Source: Clostridiales bacterium
GTDB taxonomy: Bacteria; Bacillota; Clostridia; Christensenellales; JAISNN01
DNA: 31,968 nucleotides
Direction: 5' to 3'
Assembly: GCA_031289865.1 (NCBI GenBank)
Contig: JAITOQ010000008.1
Location: 1 to 31,968 of the forward strand
Numbering within the stretch: the first letter of the stretch is position 1; each line of letters starts with the position of its first letter. The translations under genes and the position numbers were made by a program. Shown one piece after another: positions 7,303 through 16,514 of the stretch. Below the pieces are notes generated by a model. The model saw nothing but the letters and a program-made list of their open reading frames with translations. It ran no database searches and was not told the DNA's origin.

Positions 7303-9113
7303 TTATAATAATAGCTCTGTATCTCGTACATTCTGTAATAATGCCCCTTTTTTTCCATCAATTCATCATGCGTCCCGACCTCCGCAATCGCGCCGTCCCT
7401 CATAAAAAAAATGCGGTCGCAAAAGCGCGTGGAGGACAATCGGTGAGAGATAAAAAACGAGGTCTTATCATGCGAAAAATCGTTGTACTTAAGATACATC
7501 TCGTTCTCCGCGATAGGGTCGAGAGCGGCGGTCGGTTCGTCCAATATGAGTATCGGCGCGTCCTTGTAGAGAGCGCGTGCGAGGAGCAGCTTTTGGGTTT
7601 CGCCGCCCGAAAGATTTACCGCGTCCTCGTAGACTTTTTTTATGAGCCGCGTATCCGCCCCCTTTTCAAAGGTCTTAATTTTGTCCTTAAGCCCCGCCTC
7701 ATCGAGAACCGCGGCGACCCGTTCAGAGTCGATTTCCGACTCGTTCTCCTTGAGCGCAATGTTTTGACCGATACTCATCGGGAGCAATACATAGTCCTGA
7801 AAGACCGCCGCAAACAAGGTATAGTACTCTTTTTTGTCAAAGCGCGATATGTCTGTTCCGTTCAAAAGAATGCGTCCCGATTCGGGTTTGTAAAAGCCGC
7901 AAAGGAGCTTTATGCAAGTGGTTTTGCCCGCGCCGTTCTCCCCGACCACAGCGATTTTTTCGCCCGCTTCTATTTTGAACGACATATCTTTTATAGTCGG
8001 TTCGGTGCTCCCGCGATATGAAAAGGTGACGTTTTCAAATTCGATTTCGCAAGGAAATTCATCTTTTTTCGGTACGGAAACCGCGTCGAGAGCGGCGGGC
8101 GCAACCTCCTCGCGTTCGACGAACTCACGGTAGCGGCTCGCGTTAAAGGAAATGCGTTTCAGCTTAAAAATATTGCTCGTCAAGCTGAAAATCCATGCAA
8201 AAAAGCCCGTGACCAACGCGAAATAGAACACAAAATCCGACACGGAAATATCGTTTTTTAACACTCCGTTTATGAGATAGACAAACGCGGCAAGATCGCA
8301 AACGAGGGAGAGTACCGCGTGTGCGGCATGCGTCCCGATTTGGACTCCGAACAGTTTTTTTGAGGTCTTGTTTACTCCGCGTCCGATATCGTCCACAATT
8401 TTCAAAAAAAACCTTTTTACTCCGAATACGCGGACGTCCTTTCCCGCGGCAAAGTCGTTTGCAGTCTTAAATAGGTAGTTTGTCCGCATTTGCTGCGCTT
8501 TGTATTCGTCATAGACCTTTTTGGAACGCTTGTGATAATAGCTCTCTAAAGCAAAATTCGCCGCGCCCGCCGCGAGTACGATGAGTATCAAAATCGGACT
8601 GACGCTCGTCAAGAGAACGGTATAGGTAAAAAGCCCCGTCAGATTGACCGCCAGCTCCACACCCGCGTCAAAAAAACCGCGTGCGCCGTTTCCCCACGCT
8701 TGCGTAAAGCCCTTGCATTTTTCAAACGCAAGCCGACCCTCAAGACTCTCTATGTATTCGTAATCGGTATTCATCATCTTGCGAAAGGCGCGAATGCGAT
8801 ATTCCGTATTCATGTTTTCCGCGACAGCCGTACATTTTGACTGCAAAAACGGGTTGATCCATGTGATCGCCGCAATCAAAAACGACATCAACCCGACCAA
8901 TATCAAGAGCTTCCCGATCCCGAAGCCGCCCTCTATCGCATCGATCATAAGCTTGGGAATGAGCGCGGTCACGATAGGCAAAACCACAAGCGGCGGTATC
9001 CGCATTAGATACAGCCAAAAGCTCCCCTTGTCAAACGCCCGCCAATTTTGAAACAAATACTTGACGTTGTCTCTATCCGAATATTTTTGTTTTTCAGCTT
9101 TTGCTTTCGGCAT
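7284..9113 (-). CDS. ABC exporter, fused permease + ATP-binding subunit; likely heterodimer partner of 5355-7187
   Basis: GENGAGKTT, LSGGETQK, LILDEPT, ISHRL; ATG 9113 preferred over TTG 9122 from GGAG spacing. Confidence 0.93.
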   Translation of the reverse strand: MPKAKAEKQKYSDRDNVKYLFQNWRAFDKGSFWLYLMRIPPLVVLPIVTALIPKLMIDAIEGGFGIGKLLILVGLMSFLIAAITWINPFLQSKCTAVAENMNTEYRIRAFRKMMNTDYEYIESLEGRLAFEKCKGFTQAWGNGARGFFDAGVELAVNLTGLFTYTVLLTSVSPILILIVLAAGAANFALESYYHKRSKKVYDEYKAQQMRTNYLFKTANDFAAGKDVRVFGVKRFFLKIVDDIGRGVNKTSKKLFGVQIGTHAAHAVLSLVCDLAAFVYLINGVLKNDISVSDFVFYFALVTGFFAWIFSLTSNIFKLKRISFNASRYREFVEREEVAPAALDAVSVPKKDEFPCEIEFENVTFSYRGSTEPTIKDMSFKIEAGEKIAVVGENGAGKTTCIKLLCGFYKPESGRILLNGTDISRFDKKEYYTLFAAVFQDYVLLPMSIGQNIALKENESEIDSERVAAVLDEAGLKDKIKTFEKGADTRLIKKVYEDAVNLSGGETQKLLLARALYKDAPILILDEPTAALDPIAENEMYLKYNDFSHDKTSFFISHRLSSTRFCDRIFFMRDGAIAEVGTHDELMEKKGHYYRMYEIQSYYYKLKAES

Positions 9114-9136
9114 TTTTTGCAATGCTCCTGAATTAT

Positions 9137-11116
9137 TTATAGTTGACTTTCGTGCTTTTTAAAGAAATCAAACCGCGGCTCCAAAAACTTAAACGACTTG
9201 ACGTCGGGGTATATCTCTCCGAAGGTTTTTTCGGCGAGGTTCCAATCAAAGAGTTTTTTGTCCGCGTTCATATATTCCGCGGTGAGCTCCGCGCCGTCGG
9301 GAGTGATTGCGTGGAGCATGAGGACGCCGACTTTTATGACGTGGATTGTGTCGGTGATGAGAGAAGCACGCGTATCTATGTCGTCGGTTTTGGATTTTTC
9401 CGCCCATGTTTGGTTTGCCGAGCGGAAGTATTCGTCGATTATGCCGACGACGCCGTTAAACTCAAATTTATTCATATATTCCTCGTACTTTGCGAGTGCC
9501 TCTACCGCTTTTCGGAGGGTGTCCTCCGAAACGGACTTATTCGGCAATTTTCCGTCAAAATACTGTTGGAGCGAATAAAACACCGAACGGATAATCCGAT
9601 TAAAGATATTCGTCAGAATATTCCCTTGCAATAGTACGGGGTCTCCGCTCTTTTCAAACTCCTCCGGATAAAACGCTTTTGAGCGGAAGCTCGCGGTCGC
9701 AGAACCGATACCCTGTCCCAAAAAGTGCATACGGAGCTGTTCGACGGTATAGTAGTCCAAAAGGCTGTCCGCGGTCGGAGCTTTTACCTTGCCGCTGCTC
9801 CCCGCTTTGGCATTCCCCACCAAAAGGTGCTTATTTGCCACCACACGGGTCAAATTGAGCCTGCCGCTCTTTTTTTCTATCGTGTGACCTGCGCTTTGCG
9901 CCGCAAGAAAGACTCCCGTCTGTGCTAAGCAGTAAAAAAACACGTTATCTTCTCCGATAAATTGTACGACGCCCGCGTCCTTGTCGCACCACCAATCCGT
10001 CCATTCCGAGCCTTTACCCGTTCTTTTTCCCGCGGCGGAAAGATATGCGTCCGTGAATGAGATCGGAGCCCAAAGGGATTCGGGCCAAACGTAAAAGGTC
10101 AAGCCGTCGGTTTCGCCGCTTTTAAGTTTCGGCAGAGGCACTCCCCACTTGCAGTTTCCCGAAATACGGAACGGCGCAAGGGTTTTGTTGGAGCGATAGC
10201 GGATTCCCTCCGATTTTAAGAGTGCGCAAGCCTTGTCGCGAAGGGTCACGGAGGTGAATTTAAGCTGAACGCGCTTGTTTTTTTCGTCATAAAAGTAGAC
10301 GTGTTCGGGCAAACGGTCCAAAACCGCGTCGATCATGTCTTTTGCGGATTCGGAGATATAGAGGAGCGGCGGCTGTAAAAAGTCGCGCATGTCGCGGAGC
10401 ATAAATTTCCGCGCTCCGTCCCGTTCCAAAACCTCGCACCACGCACGAATCTCCTCCCTAAAAGCCTCCAACCTCAAATAATAGTTGGAAACAAGCTTCA
10501 TCTTAGGGGCGGTGTGAGAAAGCGTACTGACGGGATCGATAAGCTCCGACGGCGAATATTGATGCCCTAAGGCGCATTCGTCCGCATATCCGACCTCCGA
10601 CTTGCAGCCGTCGATAGGGCATTTCCCCTCGACCTGCCGCCCGTTCAAAATCATATCGAATTCCTCGTCGTAAAACTGTTCGGTGTCCTTTCGTTCCATA
10701 TAGCCGCTCTTTAGCATTTCCTCAAAAAAGTATGCGGAAATTTTTTCGTGCCGACGGTAGGACTCGCCGAAACAAGACGCGGCAAATAGGTCGAGTGAAA
10801 TCCCGTACCTCTCCAAAGTCGCCTTTTGGATATTGTGATAGCCCTCGACATATTCGGGGAGCGTCCCCGTATACTCGCCGCTCTCCTTTAGCTTGCGGTA
10901 CTTTTCCTCCGCAACCGAACCGAACCCGTCCGTACCCGAAACGAATATGACGTTTTCTTTTCCGATATTGTCCCGCATATAGCGCGCATACGCGTCCGCC
11001 CAAAGGAAAATCGCGCCTATATGCCCGATATGCAAGGGCTTGTTTCCGTTCGGCATACCCGCCGTAACGATAAGTCTTTTGGGGAAATTCGGTCTTGTGA
11101 GATTTGATTTTGGCAT
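9137..11116 (-). CDS. Divergent methionyl-tRNA synthetase-like protein (class I tRNA ligase family)
   Basis: PLHIGH, SGTDG, LNGRQVEGKCP Zn-knuckle, WGVP, FYVW, FIGED and anticodon-binding helical domain align with MetRS; KMSKS replaced by KAGSS; no C-terminal OB domain. Confidence 0.75.
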   Translation of the reverse strand: MPKSNLTRPNFPKRLIVTAGMPNGNKPLHIGHIGAIFLWADAYARYMRDNIGKENVIFVSGTDGFGSVAEEKYRKLKESGEYTGTLPEYVEGYHNIQKATLERYGISLDLFAASCFGESYRRHEKISAYFFEEMLKSGYMERKDTEQFYDEEFDMILNGRQVEGKCPIDGCKSEVGYADECALGHQYSPSELIDPVSTLSHTAPKMKLVSNYYLRLEAFREEIRAWCEVLERDGARKFMLRDMRDFLQPPLLYISESAKDMIDAVLDRLPEHVYFYDEKNKRVQLKFTSVTLRDKACALLKSEGIRYRSNKTLAPFRISGNCKWGVPLPKLKSGETDGLTFYVWPESLWAPISFTDAYLSAAGKRTGKGSEWTDWWCDKDAGVVQFIGEDNVFFYCLAQTGVFLAAQSAGHTIEKKSGRLNLTRVVANKHLLVGNAKAGSSGKVKAPTADSLLDYYTVEQLRMHFLGQGIGSATASFRSKAFYPEEFEKSGDPVLLQGNILTNIFNRIIRSVFYSLQQYFDGKLPNKSVSEDTLRKAVEALAKYEEYMNKFEFNGVVGIIDEYFRSANQTWAEKSKTDDIDTRASLITDTIHVIKVGVLMLHAITPDGAELTAEYMNADKKLFDWNLAEKTFGEIYPDVKSFKFLEPRFDFFKKHESQL

Positions 11117-11142
11117 AATGACACCTACTTTTTATCCTTAAT

Positions 11143-11170
11143 TTTCAACTTTCAACTTTCAATTTTCAAC
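11143..11170 (-). repeat. Four-unit heptamer array containing the aspS stop codon
   Basis: tttcaac tttcaac tttcaat tttcaac. Confidence 0.9.
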
Positions 11171-12896
11171 TTTTAATAGCAATATGTGTTTCAAGCAACT
11201 GTTTCGGCTCTAACGCGGACGGTGCGCCCATCATGAGGTCTTGGGCGTTTTTATTCATCGGGAATGCTATGACCTCTCTGATATTCGGCTCTCCCGCAAG
11301 GAGCATGACCATACGGTCAACCCCCGGAGCAATCCCCGCGTGAGGCGGTGCGCCGAAATGAAACGCGTTGTACATGGCGGGAAAGCGGCTTGCGACCACG
11401 TTTTCGTTAAGTCCGACGATTTCAAAGGCGCGGACTAACGCTTCGGGGTTGTGATTCCGTACCGCTCCGCTTGACAGCTCGATTCCGTTACAGACTATAT
11501 CGTATTGATAAGCCAAAATATCCAACGGATTCATATTGTTGAGCGCGTCAAGCCCGCCTTGCGGCATACTGAACGGATTGTGGCAAAACTCGATTTGCCC
11601 CGACTCCTCTCCTATCTCGTACATCGGAAAATCCACTATCCAACAAAATTTGTAGACGTCTTGTTCGGTCAGACCGAGTACCTCGCCGAGGCGCGTCCGG
11701 AGTAGTCCCGCCGTTTTTTCTATTTTTCCCTTTTTACCCGCGACGATTCCGACAAAAGCGTTCGGAGCTAAGTTTAGCGCGGCTTTTATCTCGTTTTCCT
11801 TTTCTGTCAAAAATTTTGCAATCCCGCCGTTTAAGCGGTTTTCGCCGTCGGTCTTGACCCAAAACAGCTTTCCCTCGTTTTGACCGATATATTCGACGGT
11901 TTCGTCGATAGTCTTTCTCGTCCCCGCGAAATTTTGCACGACGACGGCTTTGACTGTGTTTTCCTTAAAATCCGCGAACGCGCCGTCTTTCACAAACGCG
12001 GTGATATCCTTGACAAAAAGCGGATTCCTAAGGTCGGGCTTGTCGCTCCCGTAGTTTTCCACCGCGTCGCGGTATGTGATTCGCGGAAACGGCACTTCGG
12101 CTATCCGCTTATCGGAAAATTCTCTAAAAATTTCGGGTAAAACTCCTTCGAGTTCGGTGAACACGTCCTCTTGGCTCGCAAAAGCCATTTCCATATCCAT
12201 CTGATAAAATTCGCCCGGTGAGCGGTCGGCTCTCGCGTCCTCGTCCCTAAAGCACGGCGCAATCTGAAAGTACTTGTCAAAACCCGCCGTCATGAGTATC
12301 TGTTTAAAAATCTGCGGAGCTTGCGGGAGCGCGTAAAATTTACCGGGGTGAACTCTACTCGGTACTATATAGTCCCGCGCACCCTCCGGAGATGAGCTTG
12401 TGAGTATCGGCGTCGTGATTTCCAAAAATCCTCTCGCGGTCATCTTTGCGCGAAGTGCGGAAACCACACGCGAACGGAGGACGATTTTGTCCTTGACCGT
12501 CGGGTTTCGGAGATCCAAAAAGCGGTATTTGAGCCGAGTTTCCTCTTTTGACTGTAGGGAATTCCCTATCTCAAACGGGAGCTGCTCGCTGCAGCGTCCC
12601 AAAACCTCGATTTTGGTCGGCGCAATCTCGATTAAGCCCGTAGGGAGCTTAGGATTCGGCGCGGAGCGCAAAACCACGCGCCCGTCTACCGCGACGGTGG
12701 ATTCACGCGGAATACTCCTAAGCTCGTTTTTTGTTTTTTCGTCGTCCGCGGTTATCTGCGTCACGCCGTAAAAATCGCGTATCGTAGCAAAAATAATGTT
12801 GCCGATGTCGCGTGTTCCTTGTAGCCACCCCTCGATTCTGACGGTTTTGCCCGCGTCGGTGTCGCGTAATTCGTTGCAAGTGTGAGTTCTTCTCAT
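11166..12896 (-). CDS. aspS: Aspartate--tRNA ligase
   Basis: RTHTC, EGARDY, ALPQAPQ, CFRDED, GEFYQMD, GIELSSG, GAPPHAG motifs; GAGGA SD supports ATG 12896; RDIG rather than RDHG suggests the discriminating type. Confidence 0.97.
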   Translation of the reverse strand: MRRTHTCNELRDTDAGKTVRIEGWLQGTRDIGNIIFATIRDFYGVTQITADDEKTKNELRSIPRESTVAVDGRVVLRSAPNPKLPTGLIEIAPTKIEVLGRCSEQLPFEIGNSLQSKEETRLKYRFLDLRNPTVKDKIVLRSRVVSALRAKMTARGFLEITTPILTSSSPEGARDYIVPSRVHPGKFYALPQAPQIFKQILMTAGFDKYFQIAPCFRDEDARADRSPGEFYQMDMEMAFASQEDVFTELEGVLPEIFREFSDKRIAEVPFPRITYRDAVENYGSDKPDLRNPLFVKDITAFVKDGAFADFKENTVKAVVVQNFAGTRKTIDETVEYIGQNEGKLFWVKTDGENRLNGGIAKFLTEKENEIKAALNLAPNAFVGIVAGKKGKIEKTAGLLRTRLGEVLGLTEQDVYKFCWIVDFPMYEIGEESGQIEFCHNPFSMPQGGLDALNNMNPLDILAYQYDIVCNGIELSSGAVRNHNPEALVRAFEIVGLNENVVASRFPAMYNAFHFGAPPHAGIAPGVDRMVMLLAGEPNIREVIAFPMNKNAQDLMMGAPSALEPKQLLETHIAIKS

Positions 12897-13126
12897 ATTT
12901 TTCCTCATTATTATAGAATTTTGTTCATTTTTAGCCTATATATCCTATGAAATGCCGTCGTTATCGCTCCCATTATCATTAAACATCATATTCTCTTGAA
13001 AGGGCGAATACTCGACTTTTTTCCGCTAACTACCTTTCTTTCGCAATAAAATTCATTATCACTTAATATTGTGTCGCTATAATAACCTCAATCATTATAC
13101 AGCGGCTAAAGATATACTTACTTAAT

Positions 13127-13155
13127 AGTATATTACCGAAAAGAAATTTTGTCAA
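13127..13155 (-). promoter_or_regulatory. sigmaA promoter upstream of aspS
   Basis: TTGACA(13155-13150)-17 bp-TATACT(13132-13127); implies a ~220-nt leader. Confidence 0.7.
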
Positions 13156-13257
13156 ATAAAATCACCGTAACTAAGTGCGGCAACACGTTTGTTTTTAAAG
13201 GTTTTCAAAAACAAGGTGCATATTTTACAATATTTTATAATATATCGGTGTTTTTCC

Positions 13258-13286
13258 TTGCTTTTATTTCTTTTTTTTGGTATAAT
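13258..13286 (+). promoter_or_regulatory. sigmaA promoter with extended -10 for the MarR gene
   Basis: TTGCTT-17-TATAAT preceded by TG; AGGGAGG SD at 13321. Confidence 0.7.
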
Positions 13287-13333
13287 GTAAGTAACATCAC
13301 TGTTAATTTAAACATATTTTAGGGAGGTTCAAC

Positions 13334-13816
13334 ATGAAAAAGCAAAAAATTAACGCATTAGCAAACGATATCGTCGAGTTCTCGCCGATCATCAAAAAGA
13401 GTTTCATCGAAAACGTCATGCAGTTTAAGGACAAAGGGATTTCAAATCACCAGTTTTTCTGCATCTTAATCTTGCGTAAAAGCGGACCGTTGACGATGAG
13501 CACACTCGCCGACGCAATGAACGTGTCAAAACAACAATTGACCCGTATCGTTGACGAATTAGTCAAGAGCGACATCGTAGAACGCTACACAGATTCAACC
13601 AACCGCCGTTTGGTCTTCGCTCAACTCAGCGCAATCGGCGAAGCACGCGCAAAAGTACTTGACGAAAACGTTCAAAACCGTGCCGCCGAAGTACTCGGCG
13701 ATCTTTCGGACGCTGACATCGAAAAAGCGGTGGAGAGCGTAAAATGCTTAGTCGGACTTTGTAAAAAGATTTCGACAAAAAATCCGCCGTCCAAAAAAGT
13801 GGTTATTGACGACTAA
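13334..13816 (+). CDS. MarR-family transcriptional regulator
   Basis: LTMSTLADAMNVSKQQLTRIVDELVKSDIVERYTDSTNRR winged-HTH pattern. Confidence 0.9.
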   Translation: MKKQKINALANDIVEFSPIIKKSFIENVMQFKDKGISNHQFFCILILRKSGPLTMSTLADAMNVSKQQLTRIVDELVKSDIVERYTDSTNRRLVFAQLSAIGEARAKVLDENVQNRAAEVLGDLSDADIEKAVESVKCLVGLCKKISTKNPPSKKVVIDD

Positions 13817-14379
13817 TGCCCTCACGGAGTTTCACGTTCGAGGTATTGCTCCCCGACGGTAATTCTCTTTTGGTCTTAGTTCAAAAAAAACCCGAAATCA
13901 AAAATTTTAACCTTTCCGTCCGTCCGCGTGACGGACGGATACGGTTATCCGTGCCCGTTTCCGTCGGAAACGACGCGATCAAACACTTTTTAATCTCTAA
14001 AGCCGCATGGATTGAAAAGCGTTTAACTGTATCAACTAATACGGTTCAACCCATCAAAAAGTCCGAATATGACAAAGAAGTCGTTTCGGTCTTTTTGTCG
14101 TTTGTAAAAGAACGTACCGCCTATTGGGAAAGCGTCACAAACCTCGCCTCATCGGCAATACGCGTCAAAAACATGACCTCGCGCTACGGCAGCTGCAACG
14201 TCAAAACAAAAAAAATCACGATAAGCCTTATACTGATCGACAAACCGCCGATCTGCCTCGACTATGTGATCGTCCACGAACTCACCCACCTCGTGACGCG
14301 GTTTCACGACAAAACCTTTTATGCTCATTTAGAACGCTTTTTTCCGAATAGAAAAGAAGCGGAGAAAATGTTAAGATGA
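13816..14379 (+). CDS. M48-family / YgjP (DUF45, SprT-like) zinc metalloprotein
   Basis: MTSRYGSC, DYVIVHELTHL, HDKTFY; translationally coupled (TAATG) to the MarR gene. Confidence 0.88.
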   Translation: MPSRSFTFEVLLPDGNSLLVLVQKKPEIKNFNLSVRPRDGRIRLSVPVSVGNDAIKHFLISKAAWIEKRLTVSTNTVQPIKKSEYDKEVVSVFLSFVKERTAYWESVTNLASSAIRVKNMTSRYGSCNVKTKKITISLILIDKPPICLDYVIVHELTHLVTRFHDKTFYAHLERFFPNRKEAEKMLR

Positions 14380-14426
14380 AAAACAAGGGAGGGTTTTTGC
14401 GAACAAAAATCCTCCCTTATTTTTTT
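14380..14426. terminator. Bidirectional terminator between convergent genes
   Basis: aaaaacaagggagggtttttg-cgaa-caaaaatcctcccttatttttt. Confidence 0.75.
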
Positions 14427-14429
14427 AAT

Positions 14430-14696
14430 TTATTTATAAATATCGTTCCTATGTCCCACTTGCAAAATTAGGATTGTGACCGTAGACTCAGATATCTCCG
14501 CAATGATGCGGTAATCGCCGATTCTGTACCGCCATACTCCGCTTAGGTTCGCCGTCAACCCCTTACCGTGCGCCCTCGGATTTTCACACCCGTTAAGATT
14601 TTTCTCAATCCATGCGACAATAAGCCGCGAAGTGGTTTTGTCCAGCTTTTTTAAATTTTTTAAAGCACGTTCCGAATATAAAATCGAGTAGCTCAA
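14430..14696 (-). CDS. relE: Type II toxin, RelE/StbE family
   Basis: NPRAHGKGLTANLSGVWRYRIGDYRII...VGHRNDIYK. Confidence 0.92.
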   Translation of the reverse strand: MSYSILYSERALKNLKKLDKTTSRLIVAWIEKNLNGCENPRAHGKGLTANLSGVWRYRIGDYRIIAEISESTVTILILQVGHRNDIYK

Positions 14697-14914
14697 ATCA
14701 ACCCAAGCTCCTTTTTAACTTCGTCATGAGTATAAGTTTTCCCGCTCGCCGCATGTTCTTTTGCGGCTTTTTCGTAAAGCTTGATATCAAATTCGTCTTC
14801 AATCTTTTCCATTACGGCAAGACGTACGACCTCGGAAATTGTGACTCCGTGTAATTCCGCATAACCCCGTATTACATTGTACTCGTCATCACTTATTCTT
14901 AATGAAATAGACAT
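14693..14914 (-). CDS. Cognate antitoxin (RelB/DUF6290-like, N-terminal ribbon-helix-helix)
   Basis: MSISLRISDDE...MEKIEDEFD...KTYTHDEVKKELG; 4-bp overlap with the toxin gene. Confidence 0.88.
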   Translation of the reverse strand: MSISLRISDDEYNVIRGYAELHGVTISEVVRLAVMEKIEDEFDIKLYEKAAKEHAASGKTYTHDEVKKELGLI

Positions 14915-14931
14915 ACTCTCTCACCTCCTTG

Positions 14932-14968
14932 CGTAATACATTGTAATACATAATATGCGAAAAGTCAA
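14932..14968 (-). promoter_or_regulatory. TA operon promoter with autoregulatory operator repeats
   Basis: TTGACT(14968-14963)-17-TACAAT(14945-14940); two GTAATACA copies overlap the -10. Confidence 0.7.
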
Positions 14969-15012
14969 GGGGAATTATGCTATTTTTTTAATTTTTTTAT
15001 TTCTTCCGCAAT

Positions 15013-15039
15013 TTTCAACTTTCAACTTTCAACTTTCAC
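15013..15039 (-). repeat. Heptamer array containing the ClC stop codon
   Basis: tttcaac x3 + tttcac. Confidence 0.88.
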
Positions 15040-16382
15040 TTTTTCTTCTTCCCCCACTCCCTCAGCTTCTCTAACCATCTGCTGTAGATAAACCGTTCCG
15101 ACGGGTGTTCCGCGGTTTCGGATTCGAGCCAAACGCCCGTGATTTTGGATTCCTTCATCATTTGCGTCGGGTAGACGCTTCTGTGCCCCGTGACGATATA
15201 TGCGATGGAGCAAGCGACGGCCGCAAGCACCGCAAGCGACGGATTCAAAAACATCTCAAAAGCCATGACGATACATGCGAGAGGGGTGTTTGTCGCGCTT
15301 GCTAGTACCGCGAGCATTCCGAGCGCGGAAAAAACCACGGGGTCGAGATGAAACAGCGCGGCAAACGCGCTCCCCGACGTGATCCCGATAAACATAAGCG
15401 GAGTGAGTATCCCGCCGCTCCCTCCGAAAGAGAGCGTAATCGCGGTAAACACAATCTTTAGGAGAAAGTCGTATCCGCGTGCGGGGTCGCCCCCGATAAT
15501 CCTTGTAAAGTAGCCGATACCCATGCCGAGATAGTCCGTCCCGAACACGAGCGCGAGGAGTACGATCGCCGCGCCGCCTATTAAGCCCTTTAACGGCTTG
15601 TAGATTTTGATTTTGTTTGCAATTTTGTGCGTCCCGCCGAGGACGAGTATCGTCAGCATAGAAACCAACCCGAAGAATATCCCCGCCCCAAGCGCGATTC
15701 CCACGGTCGGGAGCGCGTTATTCCACGCAAGCGTGAGAAAAATTTCGGGCATTTTTTCCGTTTCTATCCCGAACGCCGATGACACAAAATAGCCCGCAAG
15801 CGAAGCAATCATAACGGGAAAAATATTTTTAAGGTCGATTCGTCCTACAATCAATACTTCTATCGCAAAGATTGCCGCGGCGACGGGCGTACCGAATATA
15901 GCCGCAAAAGCCGCCGCCATACCCGCGACGACAAGCCGCTTTGTGTCCTTTTCGTCGAGGTGAAAAAGCCCCGCGAGAAAGCTTGCCGCCCCCGCGCCGA
16001 TTTGCGTCGTCGGACCTTCCTTTCCCGCCGAACCGCCGCTCCCTATCGTGATGACCGTCGCAATGATTTTGACGGGAACCACGCCGAGTTTGATTCTCCC
16101 GCCCCTTTTGTGAATAGCCTCTATCGCTTTTTCCGTCCCGTGCCCCTCCGCACCCGGCGCAAGATGCTTGACGGCAAACGCGGACAAAAACATACCGATC
16201 GGCAAAAACAAATAGTAGTAGGAAAAGCCCGCCGCAAAACCGCTCGCGGTGTTTAACAGCCAAATAAAGCCCGCGCCTATCGCGCCGACCGCCGCCCCCG
16301 TGACGCCGCTCAACAACAGCCACTTCACCAAATATGCAAAAAAGAGGAAAAGCCCGACGGCTTTTTGTTTTATCTTCTCCAT
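15036..16382 (-). CDS. ClC-family chloride channel / Cl-/H+ antiporter, no CBS domains
   Basis: GHGT (GSGIP-position) motif, GSAGKEGP with gating Glu, FGTPVAAAIFAIE, GGSGGILTP, NTPL. Confidence 0.92.
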   Translation of the reverse strand: MEKIKQKAVGLFLFFAYLVKWLLLSGVTGAAVGAIGAGFIWLLNTASGFAAGFSYYYLFLPIGMFLSAFAVKHLAPGAEGHGTEKAIEAIHKRGGRIKLGVVPVKIIATVITIGSGGSAGKEGPTTQIGAGAASFLAGLFHLDEKDTKRLVVAGMAAAFAAIFGTPVAAAIFAIEVLIVGRIDLKNIFPVMIASLAGYFVSSAFGIETEKMPEIFLTLAWNNALPTVGIALGAGIFFGLVSMLTILVLGGTHKIANKIKIYKPLKGLIGGAAIVLLALVFGTDYLGMGIGYFTRIIGGDPARGYDFLLKIVFTAITLSFGGSGGILTPLMFIGITSGSAFAALFHLDPVVFSALGMLAVLASATNTPLACIVMAFEMFLNPSLAVLAAVACSIAYIVTGHRSVYPTQMMKESKITGVWLESETAEHPSERFIYSRWLEKLREWGKKKK

Positions 16383-16431
16383 AACTATTTATTATTTTAC
16401 TACTTATGCGAGATTTTTGCAAGTGTTTAGA

Positions 16432-16473
16432 TGTCATTCTGAACGAAGTGAAGAATCTCAAACGGTTAGCCGT
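16432..16473 (+). repeat. TGTC-type REP, left arm of an inverted pair
   Basis: tgtcattctgaacgaagtgaagaatctcaaacggttagccgt; inverted partner at 17541-17581. Confidence 0.88.
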
Positions 16474-16514
16474 ACAATAGCCGACAAAAAGTCGGTGTCA
16501 TTCGTAGTAGTCCG

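Noticed and set aside
5505-8021. Long antisense ORFs opposite the ABC genes (5505-6047, 7341-8021) and similar shadow ORFs opposite aspS, asnS, ClC and hppA
   Set aside because: They lie opposite well-conserved genes and are explained by codon bias; no independent signals
12909-13126. T-box riboswitch upstream of aspS (also checked upstream of asnS)
   Set aside because: No GGTGG-ACCGCG-type T-box motif or terminator/antiterminator pair was seen
14430-14914. RelBE module as a novel system
   Set aside because: Ordinary type II toxin-antitoxin pair with typical promoter and operator
15036-16382. Fluoride-specific CLC-F exporter
   Set aside because: Has GHGTE and GKEGP rather than the GNNLI/GMGLI and GREGT signatures, and no fluoride riboswitch was seen upstream
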